Positions 9,201-20,267 of a stretch of DNA of 64,000 nt are shown one piece after another. Positions within the stretch are counted from its first letter, which is position 1, and every line of letters starts with the position of its first letter. A program made the translations under genes and the position numbers. The stretch lies in the NCBI GenBank assembly GCA_023205875.1, contig CP060762.1, forward strand, positions 496,001-560,000, read 5' to 3'. Source of the DNA: Chloropicon primus. Its lineage: Eukaryota. A model generated the notes under the pieces. That model saw only the letters and a list, made by a program, of their open reading frames with translations. It had not been told where the DNA came from and did not search any database.

Positions 9201-12200
9201 CTAGCTTTGCTTGTTCCCCTTCCTCTTCCTTCTCTTCTTGCTCTTCTTGGAGACCTTGCCCTTCAGCATTGCCTCGGCTTCGGCCTTCAAGAACTGGTTT
9301 CTCGCGTTTTCGGCGTGGTCCTTCAGCTTGTCAGCAAGTTTCTCGCTCAAGGAAGGGTAACCTTGGAAGCTCTTGATGAAAAAGTCCTTTTTGAGAATGC
9401 ACTTCTTCTGGTGGACAAAAAAGCGCTCGAGAGCCTTTTCGTACAGCTGCGCCACCTCCTCAAGCTTGCACCCGTTGAGAGACAAAACTTTCAGCGCGTA
9501 GAGAGCGATGACCTCAACGGCGGGGCAGAGTCCTCTCTTCTTTGGCCCCACGTGCGCAACGAAGTTCACGGACTTGTCGAGCAGGCCAAAGACTGCCTCG
9601 GCCTTGTCACCCTCGACCTCGCCGCTGATCTTTTGGCTCATGCCGGACATGATCCCGGAAAGCCTTGACAGGACATTGCTCTCGATACCTGTGCCCCCTT
9701 CGACGATGGAGGTCAGCACTTCGCCCAAGAGCGTCAGCGTGCCGTCAAGCGAGCCGGCTCTCAAGTACGTTTCAATCAATCTCAGTACCCTGAACTTGAA
9801 GTGCAACAGCTCCTCCAATCTCCTCTTTTTGTTCATCTGTCTCCTCATCTGAAACTGCGCTGCGATGATCGAATCCAGCTTGAACATCGCTTCATCATCC
9901 ATGTCAGAATCTTCATCCTCGTCCCCATCCACGTCCATATCCTCCATCATCTCCTTCCCGGACTGCTTCATGCCGCTCGCTGGAAACTCAAGCCCCTCCC
10001 CAATGCCCTCGTCTCCTTCCTCCTCCTCCTCCTCCTCCTCGTCGCTCTCCTCCTCGCTCTCCTCCTCGCTGTCCATCTCCTCGTCCTCGTCCTCGTCCTC
10101 GTCGTCCTCGCTGATGGTCTGCTGAAGAATTTCCACCAAGTTCTTGATGCCAGACTCCGTAACGTCGGAAAGGAAGGAGGAGAAGACCGAGTCCACGCTC
10201 TTTCTGACGAGCTGATTGGGCAGAGAAAGCAGAGAAAGCATCAAGTCCAGCAGCACGTCATTCCACTGTACAGCCGATTCGTCGTTCAACTTTCTTCTCT
10301 TCCGCTTTCCTCCTGCCTCGAGCATCTGCTCCAGTATCGCGACAATGTCATTCGCGTGGGAGCTGAAGTCAACTTCGAGCTCGCCAAGCTGCAGAAGGAA
10401 GATGTGGTTCACGAGCACGAACAATGAGTTCAACTTCGCGCGCTGCTGCGAGTCCCCCTTCTTCTTCAGCTGAGCTTGAATCTTCTTCCTGGCGTCCTTG
10501 AGAACCCCAAGGGTGTCCAAGTTCGTCTGCGTGTACTGTCTTGTGTAGTTTGCCTGCTTCGAGGTGCTCAGGTCAGCGTTGAGCTTGAGAATCTTCTCGA
10601 TCAGAGACATGTACGCCTCGGAAAACTTCGGCCTCTGGAACAGGGACGCGAGAACATTCACCAGGCAGTCGAAGCAGTACTGGTTCAGGGACAGCGGAAG
10701 GGCCCTAATGTTTCTTGCGATGTCCTCCCTCTTCTCCTCCGGAAAGTCCAGCATTTTGTGACACGTCTTTGGGGAGAACTCGAAAAAGGCGTGGTGGACG
10801 AAGAACTTGAGGGCCTCCTCGGCTTCGTCCTCCTCGATGTTGGGATTCTTGCACACCGTGCTGATCTGATTCAGAATTTCCTTCTGCCTCTTGAGCAGAT
10901 GCGCGTCGTAGCCCTCTTCCTCCCCCTCCTCCATGCCCACAAAGGAAGAGTAGAACATGTCCTTCAAGATTCTGAACTGAGCCTTGTTCGTTGCGCTCTC
11001 GTTGGTGCTCTCGAACGCGACATCGGCGCCCTTCACCCAAGAGCTGAATTGCTTCAGGGATATCGTGAGCAGCGACTTGCTCTCAAGGGACAGGGAATCC
11101 CTCTTCATCAGCGAGTAGAGGTACCTCACGCACTTTTTCGCGCTCGTGTGCAAGTAGTTCTCCTCCTTCTTCAAATTTTGCTTCAAGCATATCATCATGG
11201 GCTCCGAGAGGATGACCTGCAGGTCGCTCGCGCTGAGCAGGGGGCTGAGCCTCTTCAACAGCTCCATCGCCAGGTACTTTCTCTCCAGAGAGGACTGGAG
11301 AAGGCCGTCGTCCACTATGGTGGACCAGAAGCCCTGCAACTCGTTGCTGGTGCCGTCGTCGATGGACGCCTCCGGCGAGGCCTCCGTGCCCTTCTTGAAC
11401 GAAGGCACGATGAGGCCGACCAGATCGTACCAAACCGTGTGCAGACGGGGGTGAGAGCTGGTCGCCATCATGAGCGAGGGCCTCAGCCCCCTCAGGAACT
11501 CTTCTCGGAAGATCTCCTTCACGTCAAAGTCCTTGTACAAGAACCCGAAGCTCTCCTCCCCCTTGAGCGCGCCCTTCTGCTTTCCGAAGGCCTTCCAGAT
11601 CCAAAGAGCGAGCTGAAACGCCTCGATCTGGCAGGAGTCCAGCTCGACCTCCAGCGCCTCCCTGATCTTGGGAGCCATGTTGCAAAGGATGGAGAAGTCC
11701 TTCTCGGACACGGTCTTCAGCAGCTCCATGAGGACGCCAAAGGATATCTCGGACAAGTAGTCCTTCTTCTTGGAGATCTCCAGCAAGCTCGTGGCCGCCA
11801 GGGCCTTCAGCTTCATGGTGGACAGGCGGCCCGCCTTCAGCAACGAGGCGTACACGAAGACTCGACCCAAAAGAGTCTCCCTTATCTCCCCCCCCTTGGG
11901 CTTGCCCGCCCCCTCGATCACGAGCGTCTTGTCCATGAGGTCCAACACAGTTTTCGTCTCCACCTTGCTCACCGACTTGAGGATCTCGCACAGCGCCAGC
12001 CCGAACCCCTGCCGAGCGCTTCCCCTCCCGGAGGACATCCCCCTTATCAGCCTCTTGCACGAGTACGCGGCAAGCGCGCAGACCTCCTCCTCCTTCTTGA
12101 TCACCTTCCCTGCACTCACTTTCCCCTTCACTTCCTCGTCGTGGTCGGTTTGGTCATCCAAGCAGCACTGCGCGAGCTGCTTCGCGGCGGTCACCCTTCC

Positions 12201-12278
12201 ATCTTCCTCCGGCACCACCAGCTTGTCGAACAGCTCCATCCTCTCCTTGCTGAACGAAAGGGCCCTCACTTCCTTCAT
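9201..12278 (-). CDS. POL5: DNA polymerase phi / Myb-binding protein 1A family nucleolar protein
   Basis: Family motif YSCKRLIRGMSSGRGSARQGFGLAL, SHPRLHTVW, an acidic tract followed by MDDEAMFKLDSIIAAQF and LHFKFRVLRLIE, and a basic C-terminal NLS. Confidence 0.9.
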   Translation of the reverse strand: MKEVRALSFSKERMELFDKLVVPEEDGRVTAAKQLAQCCLDDQTDHDEEVKGKVSAGKVIKKEEEVCALAAYSCKRLIRGMSSGRGSARQGFGLALCEILKSVSKVETKTVLDLMDKTLVIEGAGKPKGGEIRETLLGRVFVYASLLKAGRLSTMKLKALAATSLLEISKKKDYLSEISFGVLMELLKTVSEKDFSILCNMAPKIREALEVELDSCQIEAFQLALWIWKAFGKQKGALKGEESFGFLYKDFDVKEIFREEFLRGLRPSLMMATSSHPRLHTVWYDLVGLIVPSFKKGTEASPEASIDDGTSNELQGFWSTIVDDGLLQSSLERKYLAMELLKRLSPLLSASDLQVILSEPMMICLKQNLKKEENYLHTSAKKCVRYLYSLMKRDSLSLESKSLLTISLKQFSSWVKGADVAFESTNESATNKAQFRILKDMFYSSFVGMEEGEEEGYDAHLLKRQKEILNQISTVCKNPNIEEDEAEEALKFFVHHAFFEFSPKTCHKMLDFPEEKREDIARNIRALPLSLNQYCFDCLVNVLASLFQRPKFSEAYMSLIEKILKLNADLSTSKQANYTRQYTQTNLDTLGVLKDARKKIQAQLKKKGDSQQRAKLNSLFVLVNHIFLLQLGELEVDFSSHANDIVAILEQMLEAGGKRKRRKLNDESAVQWNDVLLDLMLSLLSLPNQLVRKSVDSVFSSFLSDVTESGIKNLVEILQQTISEDDEDEDEDEEMDSEEESEEESDEEEEEEEEGDEGIGEGLEFPASGMKQSGKEMMEDMDVDGDEDEDSDMDDEAMFKLDSIIAAQFQMRRQMNKKRRLEELLHFKFRVLRLIETYLRAGSLDGTLTLLGEVLTSIVEGGTGIESNVLSRLSGIMSGMSQKISGEVEGDKAEAVFGLLDKSVNFVAHVGPKKRGLCPAVEVIALYALKVLSLNGCKLEEVAQLYEKALERFFVHQKKCILKKDFFIKSFQGYPSLSEKLADKLKDHAENARNQFLKAEAEAMLKGKVSKKSKKRRKRKGNKQS

Positions 12279-13243
12279 CCTGGCACTCCACTACCTCTGC
12301 ACCTCTCTCTCTCTCTCTCTCCTCGGACAGATGTCTCCTCTTCGCGTCACACTTGCTTCCAACGCCGCGAAACAATCAAACCAGTGAGCGACGGAGCAAG
12401 GGAGGTATCCCAAACCAAGTGCTTCGCCTTCCGTCTCCACCGTAACCTCTCCCCTCCTCACCGTGTCACCAACCACCAACACCTCTCCCTCTCTTGAGCC
12501 TTCCACGAACACGATCCCCCACGGGAACACCCTTCCTCTTGGCCAAAATCGACAAACAAGGTATCAATCGAAAGCTCGCGAGACGTACTCTCGCACTGTA
12601 CCCCTGCTTTCTTCCTTACGTCACGACCTCGTCGCGAAATTACTCGCTCTTTCTCCTCCAGTCGCACCGCCCAAGGTTGTGCAGACTTTGTGCGCACTCA
12701 TGACGGCGCTTGGCCCCTCTGTTCAAATTTACCAATACTAGTGATGAATTTGAATAGGTCAAACAAGGTAACGGAAATTGAAATCGTAACCGACGGGCGG
12801 AGGAAGTCAAAAAAAACGAACGATCGATCGATCGCGGAGGGCGAAGGCCTAGGACTAGGAGAGAAGGTCGTGGGTTGTCGTCGCTCGGAAGGAGTTTCTT
12901 TTTCTCTCTCTTTTTTTTTTTCTCGGGTCCGTTTCGTTTGCGCTCTCTTTCTTTTCTTTTCTTTCTTTCTTTTGTCAAGGAAGGAGTGAGGGGGAGGGCA
13001 ACGATCGATCGTGGTGTCGTGACTTGTTCCAACGACGAGGAGGGCAAAAGCTTGGCGTAGCGCCACTCGCTCACTTCTCGCTCCGGTGTGGTGGAGAGCA
13101 GAACAGGAGTGAAGGGAAGGAGTGCGCTTGGGCAACTCGCAAGGGGTTCTCCTTCTCGCTCGCTCTCTCGTTTCCTTCTTGGGGCGGAGCTGAGCTGCTG
13201 CTGCGCTGTCCGTGGGTCGAGCGAAGAGGGGAGCCAGAGCGCT

Positions 13244-16200
13244 ATGGCTGTCGCCGCCGCCAGGAACGCTCCGTCGTCGCAGCGCGGCGAGCGCGAGGAC
13301 AAGTTCCGCGTGGTGGAGTTCGGGCCAGCGAGCGGGGAGAACACCTCCAGGACGCCCGTGTGGACGCCGAGAATGGGAGATGGGGGGGTGGCTCACATCG
13401 GGAGGCACAGGTTCTGCACGAACAGGATCAGCACGGCCAAGTACAACTACTTTACGTTCCTGCCCAAGTTCTTGTACATCATGTTCTCGAGGGCCGCCTA
13501 CTTTTACTTTTTGGTTCAGATGTGCCTCTCGTGGTGGACGGAGGTGAGCCCCTTCGGGGGCATCGGCTTCACCATGGCCCTTGTCTTCGTCCTCCTCGTC
13601 GCCGGCGTCAAGGAGGTCGTCGAGGACGTGAAGAGGCACCAGTTCGATCGAGTCACGAACCAGTCAACGGCGCACATCGTTCACCTGGACGCGGACCGCG
13701 ACGGGGTCGAGATCAGGGACGAGAAGTGGGAGGACGTGAGGGTGGGCCAAATCATCCTGGTCCAGGACGGGGAGGAGATCCCGGCGGACTGCGTCTGCCT
13801 CCACGCCGCCGTGGAGAACACGTGCTACGTGAACACGGCAAACTTGGACGGGGAGACGAACCTGAAGATCAGGAGGGCCATGAGGGGCGCCGAGCTCTGC
13901 AGGGGGGAGAGGCACGACGAGATCGCGCGCACCGACAGCGTGTCCAGCGGCCAGCAACCCAGGGTCTCCAGCGAGGAGCGAGCCAAGACCATGAGGGACA
14001 TGGACGGGATGAAAGAGCAGGCCCAAAAGCTGGCTCACATTCAGGGCCAGGTGCATTGCGAGCCTCCGTCGGCGAACCTCCACACCTTCAAGGGGTTCGT
14101 GAGCATCGAGAACAACCCCTGGGTCGACGAGGTGGGGGCTCCGTATTCCTCTGACGGCGGCGCGGCCAAGTACCCGCTGGACATGGGGGAGGTGATGCTC
14201 CGTGGCACGCGTCTCATGAATTCCGGCTATGCTTTTGGCCTGGTCGTGTACACCGGGAAGGAGACCCGAATCTTCATGAACAACTTGAAGATGCCCATCA
14301 AGCACAGCTCCATGGACAACTTCTTGAACATCCAGATTGTCATCCTCGCCATCATCCAGATCGTCATCTGCGTTGGGTGTGCGGTCGGGAGCTACGTGTG
14401 GAGGGAGGAGTACGGATTCGCGAGGCAGTACATGATGTACAACAGATTCGTGCAGAACAACTATCCGAACGACGGGGTGTACATTATCGTGTACACGATA
14501 ACGTTTTGGATCTTGTTCTCGTCCATGCTGCCGATCTCTCTCATCGTTTCCCTCGAGATTGTGCGGATGTGGCAGTGCATCGGGTTTATTAACTTTGACA
14601 CGAGCATGAGGGTGGACAACGAGGACACGTCGCTGTGGCCCAAGGCCAGGAACTCGAACGTGAACGACGATTTGGCTAGAATATCCTACGTCTTCAGTGA
14701 CAAGACGGGGACGCTGACGTCGAACGAGATGCAGCTGAGGTTGATGTCTGCGGGGATGCGCTTGCTCGGGGACGAGGCCCACAAATTCGAAGACATGCTT
14801 CCGGACGACGAGGCGGCCCACGTGGCTTCGCGCTTCGATCCTCAGCTGGAAGAGAGCTACAGAAAAATCGCGAGCATCGAGCAGATCGTCGACGCCTTGC
14901 AATTGGGAGCTCCCGCCCAGGCGAGTGCAGGGATGACCTCGGAAGACGCCCAAGTGCTGAAGTTTTTCACCTCGATGGCCCTTTGCCACTCGGTCCTTCC
15001 GGAGATGAAGGGAGGCGATCTGTCGGGATACCAAGGGCCTTCGCCCGACGAGGTCTGCATCGTGAACACGATGAAGCAGTTGGGTTGGATCTTCAAGGGA
15101 AACAAGTCAAACGTGATGTACCTGGACATCCTCGGGAAGAAGTGCAAATTTCGCTTGCTGAACGTGCTGGATTTCTCCAGCGACAGGAAGAGAATGAGCG
15201 TGATCATCCAGGACCAGAGGAAGAAGATCTATCTCATCTGCAAGGGTGCCGATGCAGTCATGATTCCCAGGACCACTTACGGGCCAGCCACGAATGCTTC
15301 GAGCGTGGAAGAGGTTGATAAGATCGTCCACGGCTACAGCTGCAAGGGCTTGAGGTGCCTGATGTACGGGGCCAAGCAACTGTCTCAGGAGGAGTGGGAG
15401 GTCTGGGATCAGGGTTTCAGGCAGGCAGCGAATGACATCGAGAACAGGGAGGAAAGGATGGCAGAATGTATGGAGGAGATCGAGAAGGGCCTGCACTTCA
15501 TGGGGATCACGGCCGTGGAGGACAAGCTGCAGGAGGAGGTCCCCGAATCAATCCAAATCTTGAGAGACGCGAACATCAAGGTCTGGGTGATCACCGGGGA
15601 CAAGCAGGAGACTGCCATCAACATCGGCATTTCTTGCAAACTGGTCAGCAACCAGGAAGAGTTGATGATCTTCAACGAAGGCTGCAAGGAGAAGCTTGGA
15701 GACAGCATCAACGCCCACCTCGCCGAACTATCGAGGAAAGAGAAGTCGTCGAGGAAGGAGAAGGAGCTCGTCATTGACGGCAAGACCCTAGCTGTGGTCC
15801 TGTCCGATCAATCGCTCAGCAAATCGTTTGCCTCTCTCGGCGCGCTGTGCGACTGCGTGCTCGTCTGCAGGGCGTCGCCGTCCCAGAAGGCGGCGATCGT
15901 CACGCTGATGAAGAACTATGAGAAGAACAAGTGCGTCGAGGGCAAGATGTGGGGGCTCAAGTGGACCGGAAAGCTGGACCACATGATCTCAAACAAAGTT
16001 TTGTCCATTGGCGATGGCGCAAACGACGTCCCAATGATTCAGAGGGCTGATATTGGCGTGGGCATCGTGGGGAAGGAAGGCAGACAAGCCAGCAACAACT
16101 CGGACTTCAGCATTGCAAGGTTCAGGTTCCTTGTCAGGCTCTTGTTGGTCCACGGACAGACGACCCAGTACAGGAACGCGAACCTTATCAAGTACTCGTT

Positions 16201-16978
16201 CTACAAGAACATTGCCATTAGCATGGTTATGTTCTACTACCAATTTTATTGCGGTTTCTCGGGGCAGCCCTCGATAGACATGCTGACGCTGAACTTTTAC
16301 AACACGGTCTTCACGGCTGTTCCAATAATCATCTTCTCCTTGATGGATTCCCCCGTGGAGTGCTTGGAAACACTGATGAAGTACCCGCAGACCTACAACA
16401 AGTCCAGAAGCCTGCACACCGGCATATTCTGGAAGGCCCAAGTCAAAGCCTTCGTGGATGCGGCGATATGCTTCTTCATTCCGTACTACTCGACGTTCTA
16501 CTCGGGATCCGATGACTTGTCTGGGCTTTTTGCGGTGGGGAGAATCTCGTACATTGCTCTGCAGGGCGTTGTCACCCTGGAGGTGTTCATGATTGCCAGG
16601 CACGTCACCACGCTGTTTGTGACGTTCGTGTTCTACTCGTGGGTCATCTTGTTCCCTTTCTTTTACTTATTTGATTGGTCGATGCAGGTTCTGGGCGTCC
16701 CTGACCCGGGCCAGGCTGGTATGTCAAACCAAATATTCTCCTCGGCGGCCGCGTGGCTGCAGATGGTTCTTGTGATCCTCGTGTCCCTGGGCCTGCGTTT
16801 GGGTGAGAAGGGGCTCAAGGCAGTGTTCTATCCGGACGATATCCAACTGTTGGCGGAAATGGAAGTGGGCGAGAAGAAGACGCAAGCGATCACAAGAAGC
16901 CTGCTGAATCAGAGCAACAGCCCGAAGAAGATGCTGAAGAAGATCTCGAAAACGATTCCATCGTTGAACAACTTGTAA
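13244..16978 (+). CDS. P4-type ATPase (phospholipid flippase, ALA family)
   Basis: NRISTAKYNYFTFLPKFL, NLDGETNLK, PISL, phosphorylation motif DKTGTLT, SPDE, TGDKQETAINIG, GDGANDV, YSFYKN. First in-frame ATG is at 13244. Confidence 0.95.
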   Translation: MAVAAARNAPSSQRGEREDKFRVVEFGPASGENTSRTPVWTPRMGDGGVAHIGRHRFCTNRISTAKYNYFTFLPKFLYIMFSRAAYFYFLVQMCLSWWTEVSPFGGIGFTMALVFVLLVAGVKEVVEDVKRHQFDRVTNQSTAHIVHLDADRDGVEIRDEKWEDVRVGQIILVQDGEEIPADCVCLHAAVENTCYVNTANLDGETNLKIRRAMRGAELCRGERHDEIARTDSVSSGQQPRVSSEERAKTMRDMDGMKEQAQKLAHIQGQVHCEPPSANLHTFKGFVSIENNPWVDEVGAPYSSDGGAAKYPLDMGEVMLRGTRLMNSGYAFGLVVYTGKETRIFMNNLKMPIKHSSMDNFLNIQIVILAIIQIVICVGCAVGSYVWREEYGFARQYMMYNRFVQNNYPNDGVYIIVYTITFWILFSSMLPISLIVSLEIVRMWQCIGFINFDTSMRVDNEDTSLWPKARNSNVNDDLARISYVFSDKTGTLTSNEMQLRLMSAGMRLLGDEAHKFEDMLPDDEAAHVASRFDPQLEESYRKIASIEQIVDALQLGAPAQASAGMTSEDAQVLKFFTSMALCHSVLPEMKGGDLSGYQGPSPDEVCIVNTMKQLGWIFKGNKSNVMYLDILGKKCKFRLLNVLDFSSDRKRMSVIIQDQRKKIYLICKGADAVMIPRTTYGPATNASSVEEVDKIVHGYSCKGLRCLMYGAKQLSQEEWEVWDQGFRQAANDIENREERMAECMEEIEKGLHFMGITAVEDKLQEEVPESIQILRDANIKVWVITGDKQETAINIGISCKLVSNQEELMIFNEGCKEKLGDSINAHLAELSRKEKSSRKEKELVIDGKTLAVVLSDQSLSKSFASLGALCDCVLVCRASPSQKAAIVTLMKNYEKNKCVEGKMWGLKWTGKLDHMISNKVLSIGDGANDVPMIQRADIGVGIVGKEGRQASNNSDFSIARFRFLVRLLLVHGQTTQYRNANLIKYSFYKNIAISMVMFYYQFYCGFSGQPSIDMLTLNFYNTVFTAVPIIIFSLMDSPVECLETLMKYPQTYNKSRSLHTGIFWKAQVKAFVDAAICFFIPYYSTFYSGSDDLSGLFAVGRISYIALQGVVTLEVFMIARHVTTLFVTFVFYSWVILFPFFYLFDWSMQVLGVPDPGQAGMSNQIFSSAAAWLQMVLVILVSLGLRLGEKGLKAVFYPDDIQLLAEMEVGEKKTQAITRSLLNQSNSPKKMLKKISKTIPSLNNL

Positions 16979-17249
16979 ATCCAAGAAACGATCCTTTCAT
17001 TTTATAATCCCCACAGCCAGGCAGCACTGCGGTATTTTTAAGAGAGAGCCATAAGATAAATGTGTAGCATGGGTCAGTGCTTGAATAGAGCATTGTTATC
17101 GATATCACTACAAGCTCCCAGGATGATTCATGCGTCCATTTCGCAGTCGCTACTACTGTGGCATCAACCAAAGAAAGGATGTACAGCACAACGTGGACTG
17201 CTTTTTGCGGTCGACGGCGAGATGTTCGGGAGAAACTTACCTGCGTCCT

Positions 17250-19601
17250 CTACAGAGCGTTGCCCGACAGGGCTTTGAGCGCGACGGCGGACTTGACCTT
17301 GAGGTCCTTCAAGTCATCCGCTTCCATCTTCGAGTGCTTGAGGTACTTGGGAAAGAATTTTATGATGTACATGGAGAGGCTCGTCTTCAGAGTCTTGTAC
17401 TCGGGTCTCATGTACAGCGTCAACAGTTGCTCGTGGATCGCATCTTCGCTTGACGCCAAGAGGTACATTTCCAGCAACATCTGCAAGAACAGCGCTTCTT
17501 TCTTGTTCACGTTCCCCGAGATGCTCAGCGCCTTGATGATGGTGAAAGGCAGCAGCTTTCCTTTGACGAGGGCGGCCACCAGCTTGGATATGTTCGCGAT
17601 GCTCCTCGCGCTCAGCTTACTCAGTTCCTTCAGCTTGTCCGAGATTGTGAAGATGAACGACAGCTTTTGCTGCTTCGACTGCTTTATCAGGGACTTTGCG
17701 ATGTAAAAGTAGTATGGGTTGTAAGCCGCCTCCTGGATGCAGCAGTGGAGGAGAACCCTTGAGATCTCCCTTTCCTGGGATCCCTTGAGCCCAAGACCCA
17801 CCAGCCTCTCAAAGGCGTCCACGTAATCCTCCGAGCTCATGATCACGACGAAGATGGATCTTCGGATTTCGGTGTTCATCCTCTGCTCCGAGGCTATTTT
17901 CATGTAGTCCACGCCCGACTGCTCCGTGGCCTTTGAGCCCCACCTCTTTGCCCTTTCCAGCTCCCTCTCCGCCTTCTCGTTTGCTGACTTCAGGTCCGAC
18001 CCCTCCAGCCACCAAAGCCCCCTCTTGTCCGGCGACAGAAGCGTGTGCCACGACAGGTTCTGAAGGCAGAGCTCCGTTGCCTTGGCGCTCTTGAACCACG
18101 AGGACAGGTTCGGGCTGATCGGGTGGCACCCCCTGCCGAAGTTCCCCCGCTGCCGGTTGTTCTTGATGTCCACCACACTTTTCAGCAAGATCTCTTGCTT
18201 CTGACTGAGGCTGCCTCCGTTCGAGCTCGACCGGATTCTCCCGGCCTTTTCGTGAACGGAGATCACGAACTCCTTCATTCGGGTCGGGTCCGACGTTCTA
18301 AGGGGCGATCCCACGAACCTCAGAACGGTGTAGATGCACTCCACCTCGGCGACCCCGAACGTCTCTTTCAGGTGAAAGAGGAAGGAGAAGATCGTCGAGT
18401 AAGGCAGCGCGCCGATGTTCCCCAGGTGCACCAGGGTCAGCACGAGGTTGTGGAGCGCTCTGCCGTCCTCCCCTTGGAGGGCGGCCTCGATCTTCTCGGC
18501 CAGGACCGCCGCGAATTTGGCAACGAGCTCGCTCGAGCCTAGCTGGGCCGCGAGGCCAAAGATGCAGCTCGAAGTCACCGCGGCGAATTGCGCGGACGCC
18601 CTCGGCCCCTCGACCGCCGACCGAATCAGCTCCTGGCAGATGAGCTCCTGTATGACCTTCTTCTTCACCCGGTGGGTCTCCACGGTGGTCGCGATCTCGC
18701 AGGCGATGTTCTGCACGCTCGACTCTGTGATTCTGTTCAGGAGGCCCCTCACCTTCCTTGCTATGCCGTTGTCCAGCGAATCGGTCTTCTTCCTCAGCCC
18801 TGGCGGAATGTACCTCCCCACGGGCGCGCCGCTGCTCGAGGCGCCGCCTTGCCGAGAGGAGGGCGAGCGAGCCCCCACATCCACCTCCTCCCCCACCTCC
18901 TCCTCCGAGGAGTACTCCGACAGGGAGTACTCCGGCGACGAGGAGTCCCCCTCGACGTCGTCGCTCCCACTGTCGCCGCCCGAGGAGGAGGAGTCCCCCC
19001 CGCCAAAGATCGGGAGCCCTTCCAGGACGTCGTTCAGCCCGTCGTCCAGACCAAACTTGGCGTCCGCGCTCTTCATCTTGAGCTTCTTCGCCAAAGACCG
19101 CCTCAGCCTCTCGTCCTTCTCGTTGTCCTCCCTCATCCTCCGCTTCCTCGCCTCGGCCCCATCGTCCCCTCTCCTGCCAGGAGGATCCTGCGACGAGGAC
19201 GGCTCCCCCCTGGGGCGAGGGGCGCCCTTCTCCCGAGGCCCCTTCTCCCTCCTCCCACCTTTGCCTGGCTTGCCACGACCTCCTCCTCCCTTGACCTCCT
19301 CCTCCGTTTCGATCCCCAGCTCCCTCTGAAGCTTCCACGGCAGCGTCGGCCTCCTCGTCCTCCCCGCTTTGTCGTGAAGACGCCTCCCTCCTCTGCCAAA
19401 CCACAAAGCAAAGCAAAGCAAAGCAAAGGAAAAGGGGTCAATACCATATATACATCATAACCATCCCTTATTGGATGAAAAAGCAACTAGAGAGAGAAAG
19501 AGGGATGCTTCGATCGAGGAGGATGAGCGTGTTCCATAGGCGCAAGGCTGACGCGCCAATCCCAGGCGAACTCACCTCCCTCTTCCACGGCCGCCCCTCA
19601 T
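17250..19601 (-). CDS. NOM1: Nucleolar MIF4G/MA3 protein NOM1/Sgd1; exons 19601-19576 and 19392-17250
   Basis: RYIPPGLR, VRGLLNRITE, and RMNTEIRRSIFVVIMSSEDYVDAFERL...QEREISRVLLHCCIQEAAYNPYY. A 26-nt first exon (MRGGRGRG) joins in frame via a GTGAGT...GGCAG intron (19393-19575). Confidence 0.9.
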
Positions 19602-20267
19602 GCTCTCTTGTTCCCCCAGGGGCACACGCCGGGTCACAGACTCCCCTCAAAGATGGTTCAAATCCCACGCGTTTCTTTCGAGCGAGGGCTCTTTCGAAAG
19701 ATCAAAACCTCCTCTTCCGCCTCACGCCAACCCCTCTCCTCCGTTCCCACACCTCCGCCCTCTCCCCCGTCGAGAACAACCCGCAGCCGATCGATCGAGC
19801 GTCCCCTTTCCACCGCCAGAAAATGGCGGGTTCGCGAAGCTAATGTTGAATACTCCAGTAGTAGTGTTGAATTTCGTGACTTTGGAATCTGGAGACGTGT
19901 GGCGGGCGATCACTCACGGCGACGACAGAGGACGAGATAGACGACGACGACGACGACGACGACGACGAGGAGGAGAAGGAGAACGAAGGAAGAGCATCTC
20001 GCTTTGTCGCTTTGTCACTTTGTCGTTCTTGGGAATCGAATCGAGTCGAGTCGAGTCGAATAGAATCGAACTTGGTTTCGTTTCGATCTTGGCAAGCCTA
20101 GAGGAGGGACACACGCTCACGCTCACGCTCACGCTCGACGAGGAGGAGGAGGAGGAGGAGGTGTTGGTCTGTTGACAGCGGTTACGTCTTCTTCTTCTTC
20201 CTTTTAGAGGAGGAGCTTGTGCTTGTGACGGTGACGGTGACATCTGTGTGAGGAGGAGGAGATTGGA